From Nitrospirales bacterium (GTDB taxonomy: Bacteria; Nitrospirota; Nitrospiria; Nitrospirales; UBA8639), in NCBI GenBank assembly GCA_963422365.1, contig OY729426.1, positions 2,336,001 to 2,400,000 of the forward strand: a stretch of 64,000 bases of DNA, read 5' to 3'. Below the pieces are notes generated by a model, which was not told where the DNA came from, did not search any database, and saw only the letters and a program-made list of their open reading frames with translations. The translations under genes and the position numbers were made by a program. Each line of letters starts with the position of its first letter. Position 1 is the stretch's first letter. Positions 31,569 to 41,449 of this stretch are shown here, piece by piece.

Positions 31569-32819
31569 TTACCCTGTAGTTTTCTTAAAATCCTGTAATC
31601 TAATATTTTCTTTATAGCGAATGATTTGGACGGGCTTAAAGGCGCGATCTTTTTTCCCTAATGCAGCCCGTTGTTGGACTTCTTTCACAAAAGCCTCAGG
31701 CCCATGAAGAGGAGCATAGGTCATGGTGACAATTACGTCCATCGACGGGGCATTCTGTGGAGTCGGGAAGGTAAACGTTTCAATCCGTTTTTCTTCAGGT
31801 TTGAGTACATTGTCTTTCAATACTGTGACGGCTTCAAAGTCAAAATTTGTGGCTTTTCCATTTTTTGTGCCAAAGACCCGTTCATAGTAGCGTTTTTCAA
31901 TATAGGCTTTTCGTAAATTTTTTCCCAGGATCGTTAAATCGAGTTCCACACGTGACCACCCTGGATGGGGCAAAGGAAGATTATGGGGAACCAGACTCTG
32001 GACCGTGACGGTGACTTCGGATTCCTCACCTTGTACTTCGGTCTTGACTTCCACGTTCACGGCGTCGGCACGCACCTTGCCAAAGCGACCGGGAAAACTA
32101 TGGTTCGAGATTTTTCGATTACGTTCTCCGTTGGCCGACTCGCCAAAGGCCTCCGGCATATGGCACGACTGACAATTTTTACCCTCTTTTTGGGTTTTGG
32201 TCTGTTGCCAGGGGCCCAACAGGTCAGGCAATTTTTCATGTCCTGGCAAATTTTCGTGACAGGTCGCACAGTACTGTGACTGGCTATAGAGCGCCAAGGG
32301 TGCAGATTGATGAGCCAAATTTTCTGCCGGTTTTTTATAGCTGCCAAAGACAGTCCGGCCTAGTTGATAGGTCGGATGTGGAGGATGCTGTTCGGAATCC
32401 ACTTCTTTGATTAAGTGGCATTGAGAACACCCCACCCCATCTAACTTCGGATCACCAGATTCAATTTCCTTGATATAGACACTCGTATGGTCTGGATATT
32501 CTAACACGCTCGGCGCATGGCATCGGAAACACATCCTGCCGTCTTTATCATCAGAGGTCGCTCGGTAACGCTCCAACGAGACACGGAAGGGAGAACTGAG
32601 AATGGAACGAGATTGGGCAGAAGCCTCCCATTCTTCAAACACTCGCAAATGACACCGCTTGCATTTCTGAGAATCAGGGAACGCCTTCTTCAGGGGTTTC
32701 GTTGAACTCTTCTGAGCAGCTAACGTGTTGGTCACAGGAAAATCAACAGCAACCACCAACATGTTGGTCGCCACAAACAAGCCTATGACCCCACCCATTA
32801 CTTGGAAAGTTTTTCGCAT
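31569..32819 (-). CDS. Periplasmic pentaheme cytochrome c (c554-like multiheme family)
   Basis: Signal peptide; CKRCH, CFRCH, CSQCH, CATCH, CQSCH; heme-free C-terminal domain. Confidence 0.88.
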   Translation of the reverse strand: MRKTFQVMGGVIGLFVATNMLVVAVDFPVTNTLAAQKSSTKPLKKAFPDSQKCKRCHLRVFEEWEASAQSRSILSSPFRVSLERYRATSDDKDGRMCFRCHAPSVLEYPDHTSVYIKEIESGDPKLDGVGCSQCHLIKEVDSEQHPPHPTYQLGRTVFGSYKKPAENLAHQSAPLALYSQSQYCATCHENLPGHEKLPDLLGPWQQTKTQKEGKNCQSCHMPEAFGESANGERNRKISNHSFPGRFGKVRADAVNVEVKTEVQGEESEVTVTVQSLVPHNLPLPHPGWSRVELDLTILGKNLRKAYIEKRYYERVFGTKNGKATNFDFEAVTVLKDNVLKPEEKRIETFTFPTPQNAPSMDVIVTMTYAPLHGPEAFVKEVQQRAALGKKDRAFKPVQIIRYKENIRLQDFKKTTG

Positions 32820-32875
32820 GAAGCCGCCCTCAATTGATCATGTTGGAATTCGTGAAAAAAGTGGTCGGGTTTTGG

Positions 32876-34243
32876 TTATAAGGACTTCGTTCGGAATGTA
32901 AGGAGTCGTTGCGATGAATAATCTACAATGATCTCTGTGGCTTTATTTTTCTCCCGTTTGTGTTCTAGGGTCGCAAGATATTTATCGAGCAATGCTTGGC
33001 TTGGTTCAGGAATCAAGGCATAACTCAAGGAGGCTTCCACATAACTCGGCGAGGTACCGTCTTTGACCTGTATAGAGAATGGCACTTTCCGCGTTGTTCC
33101 TCCTGTGACGAGCGGTTTAGGAATCGGCCCGCGAAGAATTTGCTCGAACGGCAATCCAAATCGTTCTTGCCGGATTCCAAGTATGTACCCATCGGCATCT
33201 TTGACAGTGACCGTCACAAAAAACTGCTTCAGAACGGGGTCGCCACCAGGAAAAACATGGGGAAGGCTTCCGTTCCTGACTAAAACCCTCCCTTCAATGC
33301 TATTTCCCAACTGCTGGACGTCAAGATCCACCCGTGGAAACCACTCTGCCTGTAGGTTTCGATTGCTGAGCATGATGCCCGGTATCACAATCCCTTGAAA
33401 CCAATGTCGTCCGATGGGCCGCGTCAGCGAGCCACGTTTGGAGGTGGAACTTCCCGTCGACCGCTCCATGTGGCAATCTTGACAAGTCGTCCCTTTCAAA
33501 ATTTGTCCCGGCAATTCGTCCTTTGTCACATCTTTGACTTTACTGAAGTGGCAGGAAGCACAAAATCGAGCGCCCTTATACACAGCAGCCTGCTTTGAGG
33601 GATGCACGAGGTTCTCTTCGGCATCCGCATACGGACCAAAAAAAAATTTTCCCGCATTGATCTTAAATACCGGGAAGTCCGTCGTATCCTCTCTTAGCGA
33701 ATCAATAAGGTGGCAGGACGAACAGCTAATCCCTTCCACTCCATGGGTTTTCTTCGCTCTTCTTCCTTGTCTTTTGGGCTTTTCCGACAGGACTTGAGCA
33801 ATAATTTTTTCCGTATATTGAGGAAAAACCGTCACCGCAGGAACATGACACGACAAGCATCGAGCTTTTTCTTCTGAGGTGGGTTCTGTTTGCAGCCACA
33901 GAGCGAGGATGGTTTTGAACACGGGCGATGTCAGCGCGGTCCCATGCAACAACGCCCCATCCACGCGCCCAAACGTTTTGAGGTCAGGGGTTTGCTCCCG
34001 CATCCCTTTCCATTCCTCGTAGTGACGGTCATGACATTGTTTGCAATGCTCGGAAGGGAGAAAAACCGCTTCAATGTCCTGGATCCATTTGTGACTTTCA
34101 GGGACTGGGGCTTGTTCCTGTGCATGCGCACATGGGAGTGGAACCCACAGGATGCCTAACAGGAGAATCAACAAACGGCAGTTCATTCTCCCAAGGCTCT
34201 TTGTACGGCTCTCATTATTTCGAAAAGATGGCATGGTCTGCAC
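32876..34243 (-). CDS. Periplasmic pentaheme cytochrome c (paralog; start may be 34186)
   Basis: Signal peptide; CKQCH, CLSCH, CSSCH, CASCH, CQDCH. Confidence 0.88.
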   Translation of the reverse strand: MQTMPSFRNNESRTKSLGRMNCRLLILLLGILWVPLPCAHAQEQAPVPESHKWIQDIEAVFLPSEHCKQCHDRHYEEWKGMREQTPDLKTFGRVDGALLHGTALTSPVFKTILALWLQTEPTSEEKARCLSCHVPAVTVFPQYTEKIIAQVLSEKPKRQGRRAKKTHGVEGISCSSCHLIDSLREDTTDFPVFKINAGKFFFGPYADAEENLVHPSKQAAVYKGARFCASCHFSKVKDVTKDELPGQILKGTTCQDCHMERSTGSSTSKRGSLTRPIGRHWFQGIVIPGIMLSNRNLQAEWFPRVDLDVQQLGNSIEGRVLVRNGSLPHVFPGGDPVLKQFFVTVTVKDADGYILGIRQERFGLPFEQILRGPIPKPLVTGGTTRKVPFSIQVKDGTSPSYVEASLSYALIPEPSQALLDKYLATLEHKREKNKATEIIVDYSSQRLLTFRTKSL

Positions 34244-34690
34244 TCAATCCTTGGCAATGCGTACGAAGTGAAAGTTCATACCACCGCCGACACCTTGATC
34301 ATCAATGCCAGCTGGTTCAAACGTCGCCACCGAAAAATTTTGAGTTGGCAGCGACTCTTCAAGCGCCCGCCCTAATTCCAGTAAGTTTCGGATGTCCGTT
34401 CCGTCCACCTCTTTAATAATGGCCTTCACCTTTATGCCGGCACGATCTGCAGGCGAGCTTCCAATTACCCCAAAAACCACCACACCTTCGGCCTTGCTAA
34501 GACCAAGAATTTCTTTTATCTCCTCATCAACTTCTCCAACATCGATTCCAAACTCTTCCGCTAAGGCATAGGCTCGATCCTCCGTCATGCCTCTCTCATC
34601 GGATTGTGCAAAAGAGAGGAGAGACAACGAACTCACGACAAAACCACTGATGAAAAACATCAGAATGGCACGGAGGGACAATCCGATCAT
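34244..34690 (-). CDS. Small exported PDZ-domain protein
   Basis: Signal peptide; GVVVFGVIGSSPADRAGIK...IIKEVDG PDZ pattern. Start uncertain. Confidence 0.78.
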   Translation of the reverse strand: MIGLSLRAILMFFISGFVVSSLSLLSFAQSDERGMTEDRAYALAEEFGIDVGEVDEEIKEILGLSKAEGVVVFGVIGSSPADRAGIKVKAIIKEVDGTDIRNLLELGRALEESLPTQNFSVATFEPAGIDDQGVGGGMNFHFVRIAKD

Positions 34691-34774
34691 CCCATTTGTT
34701 CGTCGCCCACAGCTCTTCATGGTATGGGAGTGAGAAGGACACATAAGAAAATTTTTTTGGCTACCGATGACTCA

Positions 34775-35626
34775 TTATTTCGTTGAAGCCATTGGGCCGC
34801 CGACGGGATCGACCAGCAGTTGAAGCCAAGACGCCACTGCTTTTTGTCCATTCCTTTCTTTATTCTCGCCGTTCCAGACGGCAAATGCCGCGGCTTGCAT
34901 GCGGCCAGGGACCAGGAGGGCCTCATTCTCTGTGTCATCTCCGGATTTAGTCAATGGGCGCTTCATGACGACTCGCCAAAACCCGTTTTTCCATTCGGCC
35001 TCTCCCTTGACCTTGCCTTGCCTGACCTTGCTCGTCAACGTACTAAACCCACCACCGATGAGATCTTCTATTGAGGAGGGCCGACGTGGAATAACTTCAA
35101 ACTTTCGAATACCTTTTCTTTTTCGTCCTCTTTCTTTGGCCCTGGCTTTTCTGCGGTCTACATCGCTTTGCCAATCCGCTTTCCAATGCCAAATATTGAC
35201 ATAGTGGTCTAATTGGCCCATACAGAAAAACGCTGGAGCATTACCCAGCGGAAGCGCCAGGGCTGCCCCATCACGAAACACCCCAGGGGTGAGCCGTTCG
35301 TTTTTGGTCGCATCTTGCCATTCCACCAAAAACGAAATGTCTTTGCCATTATGAACCGACCGAACCGAGATGACTTTGGCACTTGGTTCAGGCCAGACTG
35401 GTCGAGTAATGATCTGACCACTCAGAGGAATGGGCATGGGCGCGATCATCTTCCATGCCGCATCAGAAGGTTTCGTCGGAATCACTCCTTCCATAAAATG
35501 GGACCGGATGACAATCCCTTGAGAACTCACCACGGGAATACCAAGCCAGCCAAGAACTACCGCCATCAAAACAATGCCTAATCCTGTCAAGATAAGAGAG
35601 CGTGAAAATTTTCGTGTCGATTTCAT
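34775..35626 (-). CDS. EB_dh-domain heme b protein (DMSO reductase type II gamma/NxrC-like)
   Basis: N-terminal anchor; FRDGAAL, FFCMGQ, VNIWHWKADWQ, GGFSTLT, AFAVWNG..ERNGQK. Confidence 0.82.
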   Translation of the reverse strand: MKSTRKFSRSLILTGLGIVLMAVVLGWLGIPVVSSQGIVIRSHFMEGVIPTKPSDAAWKMIAPMPIPLSGQIITRPVWPEPSAKVISVRSVHNGKDISFLVEWQDATKNERLTPGVFRDGAALALPLGNAPAFFCMGQLDHYVNIWHWKADWQSDVDRRKARAKERGRKRKGIRKFEVIPRRPSSIEDLIGGGFSTLTSKVRQGKVKGEAEWKNGFWRVVMKRPLTKSGDDTENEALLVPGRMQAAAFAVWNGENKERNGQKAVASWLQLLVDPVGGPMASTK

Positions 35627-35674
35627 AAGATCGTTTCGACCGTTTGGACAAACTGTTTCACTCCTCAGCCGTCC

Positions 35675-36928
35675 TTACCATAGTTTGACTCGCCGGACTT
35701 TATTCTCGTTGCGCTCACAAATATAGAGATAGCCTTGAGCATCAAAGGCTAAGCCGGACGGGGCATTCACCACCGCATCCACAGCTAAACTGCCATCACC
35801 ATGCTTCAGCATACCCGTTTCTTCTTTGGCCACAAAACGCGCGGCGCCACACCCGCCCATATTTTTATCCTCGTATCCACTGTCCCCGTTTCCCGCAACG
35901 GTCTCGATGAGGCCTGTCGTGCAATCGACTTTACGGATGCGATGATTCATCGAATCCGCAATATAGACGTTTGCATCGGAATCGACGACGGCAGCCTCTG
36001 GCACATTCAACATGGACATAACTCCAAGTTTTCCATCTCCATCATACCCATAGCGACAGACCCCGGCTACGGTGGAAATCACGCCTGTTTGTCCGTCAAC
36101 CTTTCGAATACGATTACTGGCTTTATCCGTGAGCAACACATTTCCGCGGCAGTCTACATCAATCGCCACAATATCCCAAAGTTTCGCTTCAAGCGCCGGC
36201 CGGCCGTCATCAAGATAGGGGGACAGATCCAAATTATCCGAACATTGGGGGCGAAGCCATCCTTGATCATCACTAAAGTCAATCCCAATCGCATCACCAG
36301 AGAGTACCACCAAGTTTTGTGCCGTCAATGGACTGATCCAATCTTCATCTTCTCTGGACCAAGTCCCTGCAATGGTGGTCACCATGTCTGTTCGCGGATC
36401 GTACTTTCGAATACGGTGGGCTTGGGTATCGGCAATATACAGATTGTCTTCCGAATCAAATGCAATCGCCCCAGGATAGGTCAAGTTGACTTCTACCGCA
36501 GGGCCGTCACCATTAAAGCCGGATTCACCGGAACCGACGACCGTCGTAATAATATCGGTCTGGTGATCGACTTTACGAATGCGGTTACTTCCAGAGTCAC
36601 AAATATACAAATCATTATTGGAAGCAACCGCCACACTCAAAGGCAAGTACAACCCTGCTTCTCCACAAGGACCGTAATCTCCGCTATAGCAGGTCTCTCC
36701 AATGCCCGCATAGTTATGAAGGGTCCCGGCTTCCAAATCGACCCGTCGAACTCGGTCCGACCCATTTTCAGCAATGTAGAGCCAGCGGCCTTCCTTGTCG
36801 ACGCAAATGTGATTCGGTAAGGGAATCCCTGCTTTCCTCGCACGTTTCCCATCACCTGTACTTCGTGATTTTCCATTCCCCGCAAACGTCTCAATTTTTC
36901 CAACCAGTGACTCTACGCTCGTTTCCAT
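35675..36928 (-). CDS. NHL-repeat beta-propeller protein
   Basis: Repeated LYIADxxxHRIRKVD...ITTVAGxG units; no signal peptide; 10 Cys. Confidence 0.85.
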   Translation of the reverse strand: METSVESLVGKIETFAGNGKSRSTGDGKRARKAGIPLPNHICVDKEGRWLYIAENGSDRVRRVDLEAGTLHNYAGIGETCYSGDYGPCGEAGLYLPLSVAVASNNDLYICDSGSNRIRKVDHQTDIITTVVGSGESGFNGDGPAVEVNLTYPGAIAFDSEDNLYIADTQAHRIRKYDPRTDMVTTIAGTWSREDEDWISPLTAQNLVVLSGDAIGIDFSDDQGWLRPQCSDNLDLSPYLDDGRPALEAKLWDIVAIDVDCRGNVLLTDKASNRIRKVDGQTGVISTVAGVCRYGYDGDGKLGVMSMLNVPEAAVVDSDANVYIADSMNHRIRKVDCTTGLIETVAGNGDSGYEDKNMGGCGAARFVAKEETGMLKHGDGSLAVDAVVNAPSGLAFDAQGYLYICERNENKVRRVKLW

Positions 36929-36988
36929 ACTGCACTCCTTGTCCTGAGGACAAATTTTGTTCTCGACTCAGAACCGCACAAGACCATT

Positions 36989-37300
36989 CTATCCCTTCGA
37001 TGTCTGAGCCGGTTCTGATTGAGGGGCTGGCATTGGGGAAATTGTCTCAACCTGATCACGTTGCAGAGCCGGCGACGGCGTCACGTCTGAAGCTTGTGGA
37101 TTCACTTGCACCTGGCTCTGCTGCTCCGTTAGATTATGGGCTTCGGGCTCAACAGCCTCTGCTTCATTCACAGATTTCTTGAAGCCTTTTATCGCCTTCC
37201 CCACCCCCTCACCAAGCTGAGGTAATTTCCCAGCGCCAAATATGATCAGAACAATGAAGAGTATCAGAATCAACTCTGTAAAGCCTAAGCTCCCAAACAT
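36989..37300 (-). CDS. tatA: Twin-arginine translocase subunit TatA
   Basis: [42 protein letters not shown]. Confidence 0.93.
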   Translation of the reverse strand: MFGSLGFTELILILFIVLIIFGAGKLPQLGEGVGKAIKGFKKSVNEAEAVEPEAHNLTEQQSQVQVNPQASDVTPSPALQRDQVETISPMPAPQSEPAQTSKG

Positions 37301-37339
37301 GACAGATTTCTCCTTTTGAGACAAAAATGAAGAGTGACG

Positions 37340-38140
37340 CTATCCACGGGTCCGTTTTGCAAACCTTTGCTTTAAACGTTGCCGAGCCTCTTCGGCCTGC
37401 TCAAACATTTTACATTTTTCATAGGTATTGATGAGGTTATAATACGCCAACGGCTCATCCGGGCTGTGTTCGACCGCTTCTTCCATAATTTTCACAGCCA
37501 CATCGGATTTTTTCAATGTAAAAGCAATATCCATGAGTTTAAAACTAGACTCTAAATGCGTAGGATCGAATTCCAACACCTTCATATAGGCTTGAACCGC
37601 CATATCAAGGGTATTGAAATCCGAGACTTGGGGATTATCTAATTGTTCATAGACTCCTGCCAAATTATACCAAGCCATCGGGTCCTCAGGGGTAATTTCA
37701 ATCAATCGTTCAAAGTACTCCTTTGCTTGCATGTACTCTTTCTTATCGTTATGAAGCCTCCCTAGATTGAACAAGGCCAACACATCATATTTATTCAACT
37801 CTAATGCTCGCTCAAATTGAGGACGAGCATCCTCCATCATGCCCTTCGTGCCGTAGATTGTTCCTAGGTTGGAATAATACATGGCCAAGGACCGATCCAT
37901 TTCCGTTCTCAAGCCCTCAGCCATTTCTATAGCCTTTTTCACTTCGGTCAGGGCGTCCTCTAGTTTCCCTTTTCCAAAATACAATTCCCCTAACCGACAA
38001 CGGGCTTGAAAATCATCGAGGTCTTCACTGAGTAATTTTTCAAGCTCAGCAATTTCTTCATCCGGGGTCAACGACGGCTCTTGAGCGTGAGGCTCCGTCA
38101 CCCCGCCCTCTTTTTCTGTTGCGACATTTTGTGATTCCAT
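37340..38140 (-). CDS. Tetratricopeptide-repeat protein
   Basis: Multiple TPRs (YYSNLGTIY, ALFNLGRLH, AWYNLAGVY, AYYNLINTY). Confidence 0.88.
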   Translation of the reverse strand: MESQNVATEKEGGVTEPHAQEPSLTPDEEIAELEKLLSEDLDDFQARCRLGELYFGKGKLEDALTEVKKAIEMAEGLRTEMDRSLAMYYSNLGTIYGTKGMMEDARPQFERALELNKYDVLALFNLGRLHNDKKEYMQAKEYFERLIEITPEDPMAWYNLAGVYEQLDNPQVSDFNTLDMAVQAYMKVLEFDPTHLESSFKLMDIAFTLKKSDVAVKIMEEAVEHSPDEPLAYYNLINTYEKCKMFEQAEEARQRLKQRFAKRTRG

Positions 38141-38157
38141 GGTCGTTACATATCCTC

Positions 38158-39273
38158 TCAACGTATTTCACTAAACACAGGAGTCACTGGGGCATAGCTC
38201 ACAGTTCCTGTTTTGTCTCGCAATTTTCCTAAAGTGCCCCGCTTATCAAGCGTCATGAGCATTAACCCAACCACAACCATTAACGTCAAATGCGACAGCT
38301 GCAGGGCGTATCCTGCCATAAACATAAACCCTAAGCCATAGCCTGCCAAACGACCGATTAACACCAACTTCATGACGGTATAAGCCCAGCAGGTAAATCC
38401 TGCGATATAGAGAGCAAAGGGCAAATAAAAGGTATACCCCATGCCCATTTGGAACACCCAGCCAATCCCCTGCCCAGCCTTTCTCGCCTCTTCAGCAAGC
38501 GTGGGGCTATAAAGCGACAAGAAAAAATCCATATAGAGCACCACCAAAAAGGTTGCACTCCCGCTTAGAAGAAGGGTCATGGCCCATTTCCGTTGAGTTT
38601 TATTTTTGGTAAAGAGGGAAGTGCTACCGTACGACCAAAAAACAAGGATACTCGACAAAACCATCAGGGCTTCGCCTCCACGACTGATTTCATGCACAAA
38701 GGGCGGCGGAACGACAATGCCCAACAACCCATAGGTTGTGGACACCGTCTGGTAGTAAATCCATCCCATAATCCCTAATAAAAAACACCCAACGGTGACA
38801 CGTTGCCCCCAAAGACGATGGGTCACTAAAAACTCCGTCATCAGAATAAGAAAAATCACCAAGGATACGAGATTATAGACCACCGCGCCTAGCATAGCGG
38901 GTGGAAAGATGAGATACCCAACGGTCAACACCACGAGCAAGGAGACGGCCGGGACCAGGAACTGGTCAAAACTCCCTGACCACGTCGATTGCCGTAATTT
39001 TTGAATCAACAAAATGAACAAGACTAAGAACAATAGAAGAGAGGTGATATTGAGAAGAATAAATCCTACGGAGGAGAGTGTTTTAAACGTAAGCCTCACA
39101 GCTTCGGATTTTTCAGCTAGCTTGGCCATATGCATACCCAATCGGGACGCCAAGCGATAGAGAACAAGCTCCAAAAATGCTGAAAGCAGGAGAAACTTTA
39201 ACGCATATTCAAACAAGATCCCAGGATTATCGGACTTTCCGCTCTGGTCCCCCGATGTTGGCGCTGCCATCAT
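38158..39273 (-). CDS. Polytopic membrane protein of unknown function
   Basis: About 9-10 hydrophobic segments; tightly coupled to neighbours. Confidence 0.8.
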   Translation of the reverse strand: MMAAPTSGDQSGKSDNPGILFEYALKFLLLSAFLELVLYRLASRLGMHMAKLAEKSEAVRLTFKTLSSVGFILLNITSLLLFLVLFILLIQKLRQSTWSGSFDQFLVPAVSLLVVLTVGYLIFPPAMLGAVVYNLVSLVIFLILMTEFLVTHRLWGQRVTVGCFLLGIMGWIYYQTVSTTYGLLGIVVPPPFVHEISRGGEALMVLSSILVFWSYGSTSLFTKNKTQRKWAMTLLLSGSATFLVVLYMDFFLSLYSPTLAEEARKAGQGIGWVFQMGMGYTFYLPFALYIAGFTCWAYTVMKLVLIGRLAGYGLGFMFMAGYALQLSHLTLMVVVGLMLMTLDKRGTLGKLRDKTGTVSYAPVTPVFSEIR

Positions 39274-39350
39274 GTTCACGACGCCCTAGTTCCGCCTTTT
39301 CTTCTCCCCGTCCGATCAGAATTGAGAGCACACAAGACGGGCCTTCGCAA

Positions 39351-41126
39351 TTAAGAGACAGTCGTAAATTCCGTGGCATGTTGTTGTTTGTGTCGAGCGA
39401 TATACAGCAACCCATCAGCCATCGAATAATTAAATGGCAATTCCACGACTACTTCACTGATTTTTTCGTAAACATATTGGTAAAATTTTTCGGCTTGCTC
39501 AGGCGTCATGCCCTGTTTGATTTCATAGAAAAAGCCTAAACTTAAATCTTCTGCGGCTGGTCGCATAATACGCTGAATCCCGTAGCTTCCTGGATCGTTC
39601 ATAATGGGGGCCTCTTTTTCAAGATCGAAAAGACAGGGCTGGCATGAGAATCCATAAGACGAATTCAAATTTATATTGTCCAACACAAAATTCATGGTTT
39701 CCGATGCTTCCGCTTCCGTTTCAGTTGGGAAGCCAACGATGATATAACAATGCACGCCGATACCCAGATCAACACAATCAGAACAAATCCGCCGGACATT
39801 CTCTTGGGTAATGCCTTTCTGCATAAAATCCATCATACGCTGATTGTAGGTTTCCAATCCAAACACAATTTTGTGGCACCCGGCATCTCGCATTAATGAC
39901 AGTAATTCTTTCGAAAGATTCTTCTCGAAACGAAGTTCGGCTGTCCATTGAATATTGAATTGTCGCTTCAGGATTTCTTTACACAGTCGGCGAGTGGGCG
40001 ATAGAGCCAGACATTCATCGGTAAAAAAGAAAAAGGGCGTATCATATTTTTGAGAAAGCGCCTGGAGTTCGTCTACAACCTTGACAGGGTCTTTTTGACG
40101 AAAATTTTGATGATCCAACGTCAAGGCACAAAAGGCACAGTCCTTATAGTAACAACCTCGTGAAAACTGAACCGGCAAGACCGTTTTGGGGGCCAGATAC
40201 CGATCGAGAGGAAATCCATCGTAACTGGGAGCTGGATGTTGAGCCAAATTCTCAGAATAAAACGGCTGATTCACAATAACCTTTCCGTTTTCCCGATAGA
40301 TGAGATTAGGAACTTTGGCAAAATTCTTTTTTCCTTCTAATTGATTGGTCAATTCCAATAACGCCGTCTCTCCCTCAAATACGATAAAATCATCTGTGAC
40401 TTGGAACAGCCGCTCACATCGACGAAGATTGTCCACGAGCCTAGTAAAAATACTGCCACCAACAGTCACATGAATATCTGGATTCGCTTCCTTAATGAGC
40501 CGACACAAGGTCAGACCAGGAATAATCTGGGATGTCGCAGTGATCGACACCCCAATCAACTCTGGGTTTTCATTGACGATGGAAGGGAGAAAATACTGTC
40601 GATACAAGTCAAGGTACGGATTTTGTTCTTCATCGTTAATCGCTTTTACAATGTCCCGAGAGGAATAAATAGAATAGGAAAATTGGTTATCGACAACGGT
40701 GATTCGGGTGGGAAAATAAATCGAAGAGATAACTTCCAACCAGCGGTCGATTAAAAACAGGCATTCTCGATACCGCTCAATATCATAAAACTCTTCCCCG
40801 CGCAGAGAGGTTTTCACCGGTTCAATTTGATCGATTAAATGGGGAAACCGGTCTAAGGCTTCCACAATTCGACCATAATGTTCATCACTTCCCTGTCCCG
40901 TCTCTCCCTCACGGGATTGCTCTAATTTCTTCAGTTTTCCAACAAGTTTTTCATAGACTTCCAAGCCATACGTCTCCGACAAAATAGTATCGAGGAGTTC
41001 AATATTCAGATCCCGTTGCCTGTTATCGGGGATCCCAGCTTGGTCAAGAAAAGCTGTTAAGCAGGGCAGACTAAGATAGGGTTGTGAGGGATGCCAACTT
41101 GGAGGAAATAGCAAAGATATTTTCAC
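39351..41126 (-). CDS. B12-binding radical SAM protein
   Basis: PYLSL start, IGVSIT/VTVGG cobalamin domain, SRGCYYKDCAFC cluster motif, FFFTDE, FGLET, IIVGFPTET; RBS AAGGAGG before GTG. Confidence 0.9.
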   Translation of the reverse strand: MKISLLFPPSWHPSQPYLSLPCLTAFLDQAGIPDNRQRDLNIELLDTILSETYGLEVYEKLVGKLKKLEQSREGETGQGSDEHYGRIVEALDRFPHLIDQIEPVKTSLRGEEFYDIERYRECLFLIDRWLEVISSIYFPTRITVVDNQFSYSIYSSRDIVKAINDEEQNPYLDLYRQYFLPSIVNENPELIGVSITATSQIIPGLTLCRLIKEANPDIHVTVGGSIFTRLVDNLRRCERLFQVTDDFIVFEGETALLELTNQLEGKKNFAKVPNLIYRENGKVIVNQPFYSENLAQHPAPSYDGFPLDRYLAPKTVLPVQFSRGCYYKDCAFCALTLDHQNFRQKDPVKVVDELQALSQKYDTPFFFFTDECLALSPTRRLCKEILKRQFNIQWTAELRFEKNLSKELLSLMRDAGCHKIVFGLETYNQRMMDFMQKGITQENVRRICSDCVDLGIGVHCYIIVGFPTETEAEASETMNFVLDNINLNSSYGFSCQPCLFDLEKEAPIMNDPGSYGIQRIMRPAAEDLSLGFFYEIKQGMTPEQAEKFYQYVYEKISEVVVELPFNYSMADGLLYIARHKQQHATEFTTVS

Positions 41127-41357
41127 ATTGCCTCCTTAATAATTCTCGTATCCCATTAACGATATTCCTTATGACAACACCAGCCAACACAATTTTTGTT
41201 TTTAATAATAACTTGAAGGTTCAATAATTCTTATACACGGCTACCGGTTTCATATGCAACTTTGTGTCAAAAAAGATCTCCGAATCAGACTAAGAGTTCC
41301 CCATGAGAGGGTTCCCTGAAAGAATCCCACTGTCTCACATGAAAAAAATCCACATGT

Positions 41358-41410
41358 AAAGAGACCCTGAAGTCCCCCTCTTTACTTTAGGGGAAACCCC
41401 AGGGTCTCTT
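41358..41410 (-). terminator. Long stem-loop after nxrC-like gene
   Basis: AAGAGACCCTG...CAGGGTCTCTT outer stem with inner CCCC/GGGG pairing, 40 bp after the stop. Confidence 0.62.
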
Positions 41411-41449
41411 AGACTCGCTACTGCAAGAGTATTTAGTACAAATTATGGC

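Noticed and set aside
35801..36820. 339-aa antisense ORF over the NHL gene (similarly 60758-61762 and 1439-2221)
   Set aside because: Antisense shadows explained by codon bias; no recognisable domains.
41254..41272. sigma54 or sigma70 promoter for the radical SAM operon (TTGACACAAAGTTGCA)
   Set aside because: Lacks the invariant GG at -24 and has no -10 at proper spacing from TTGACA.
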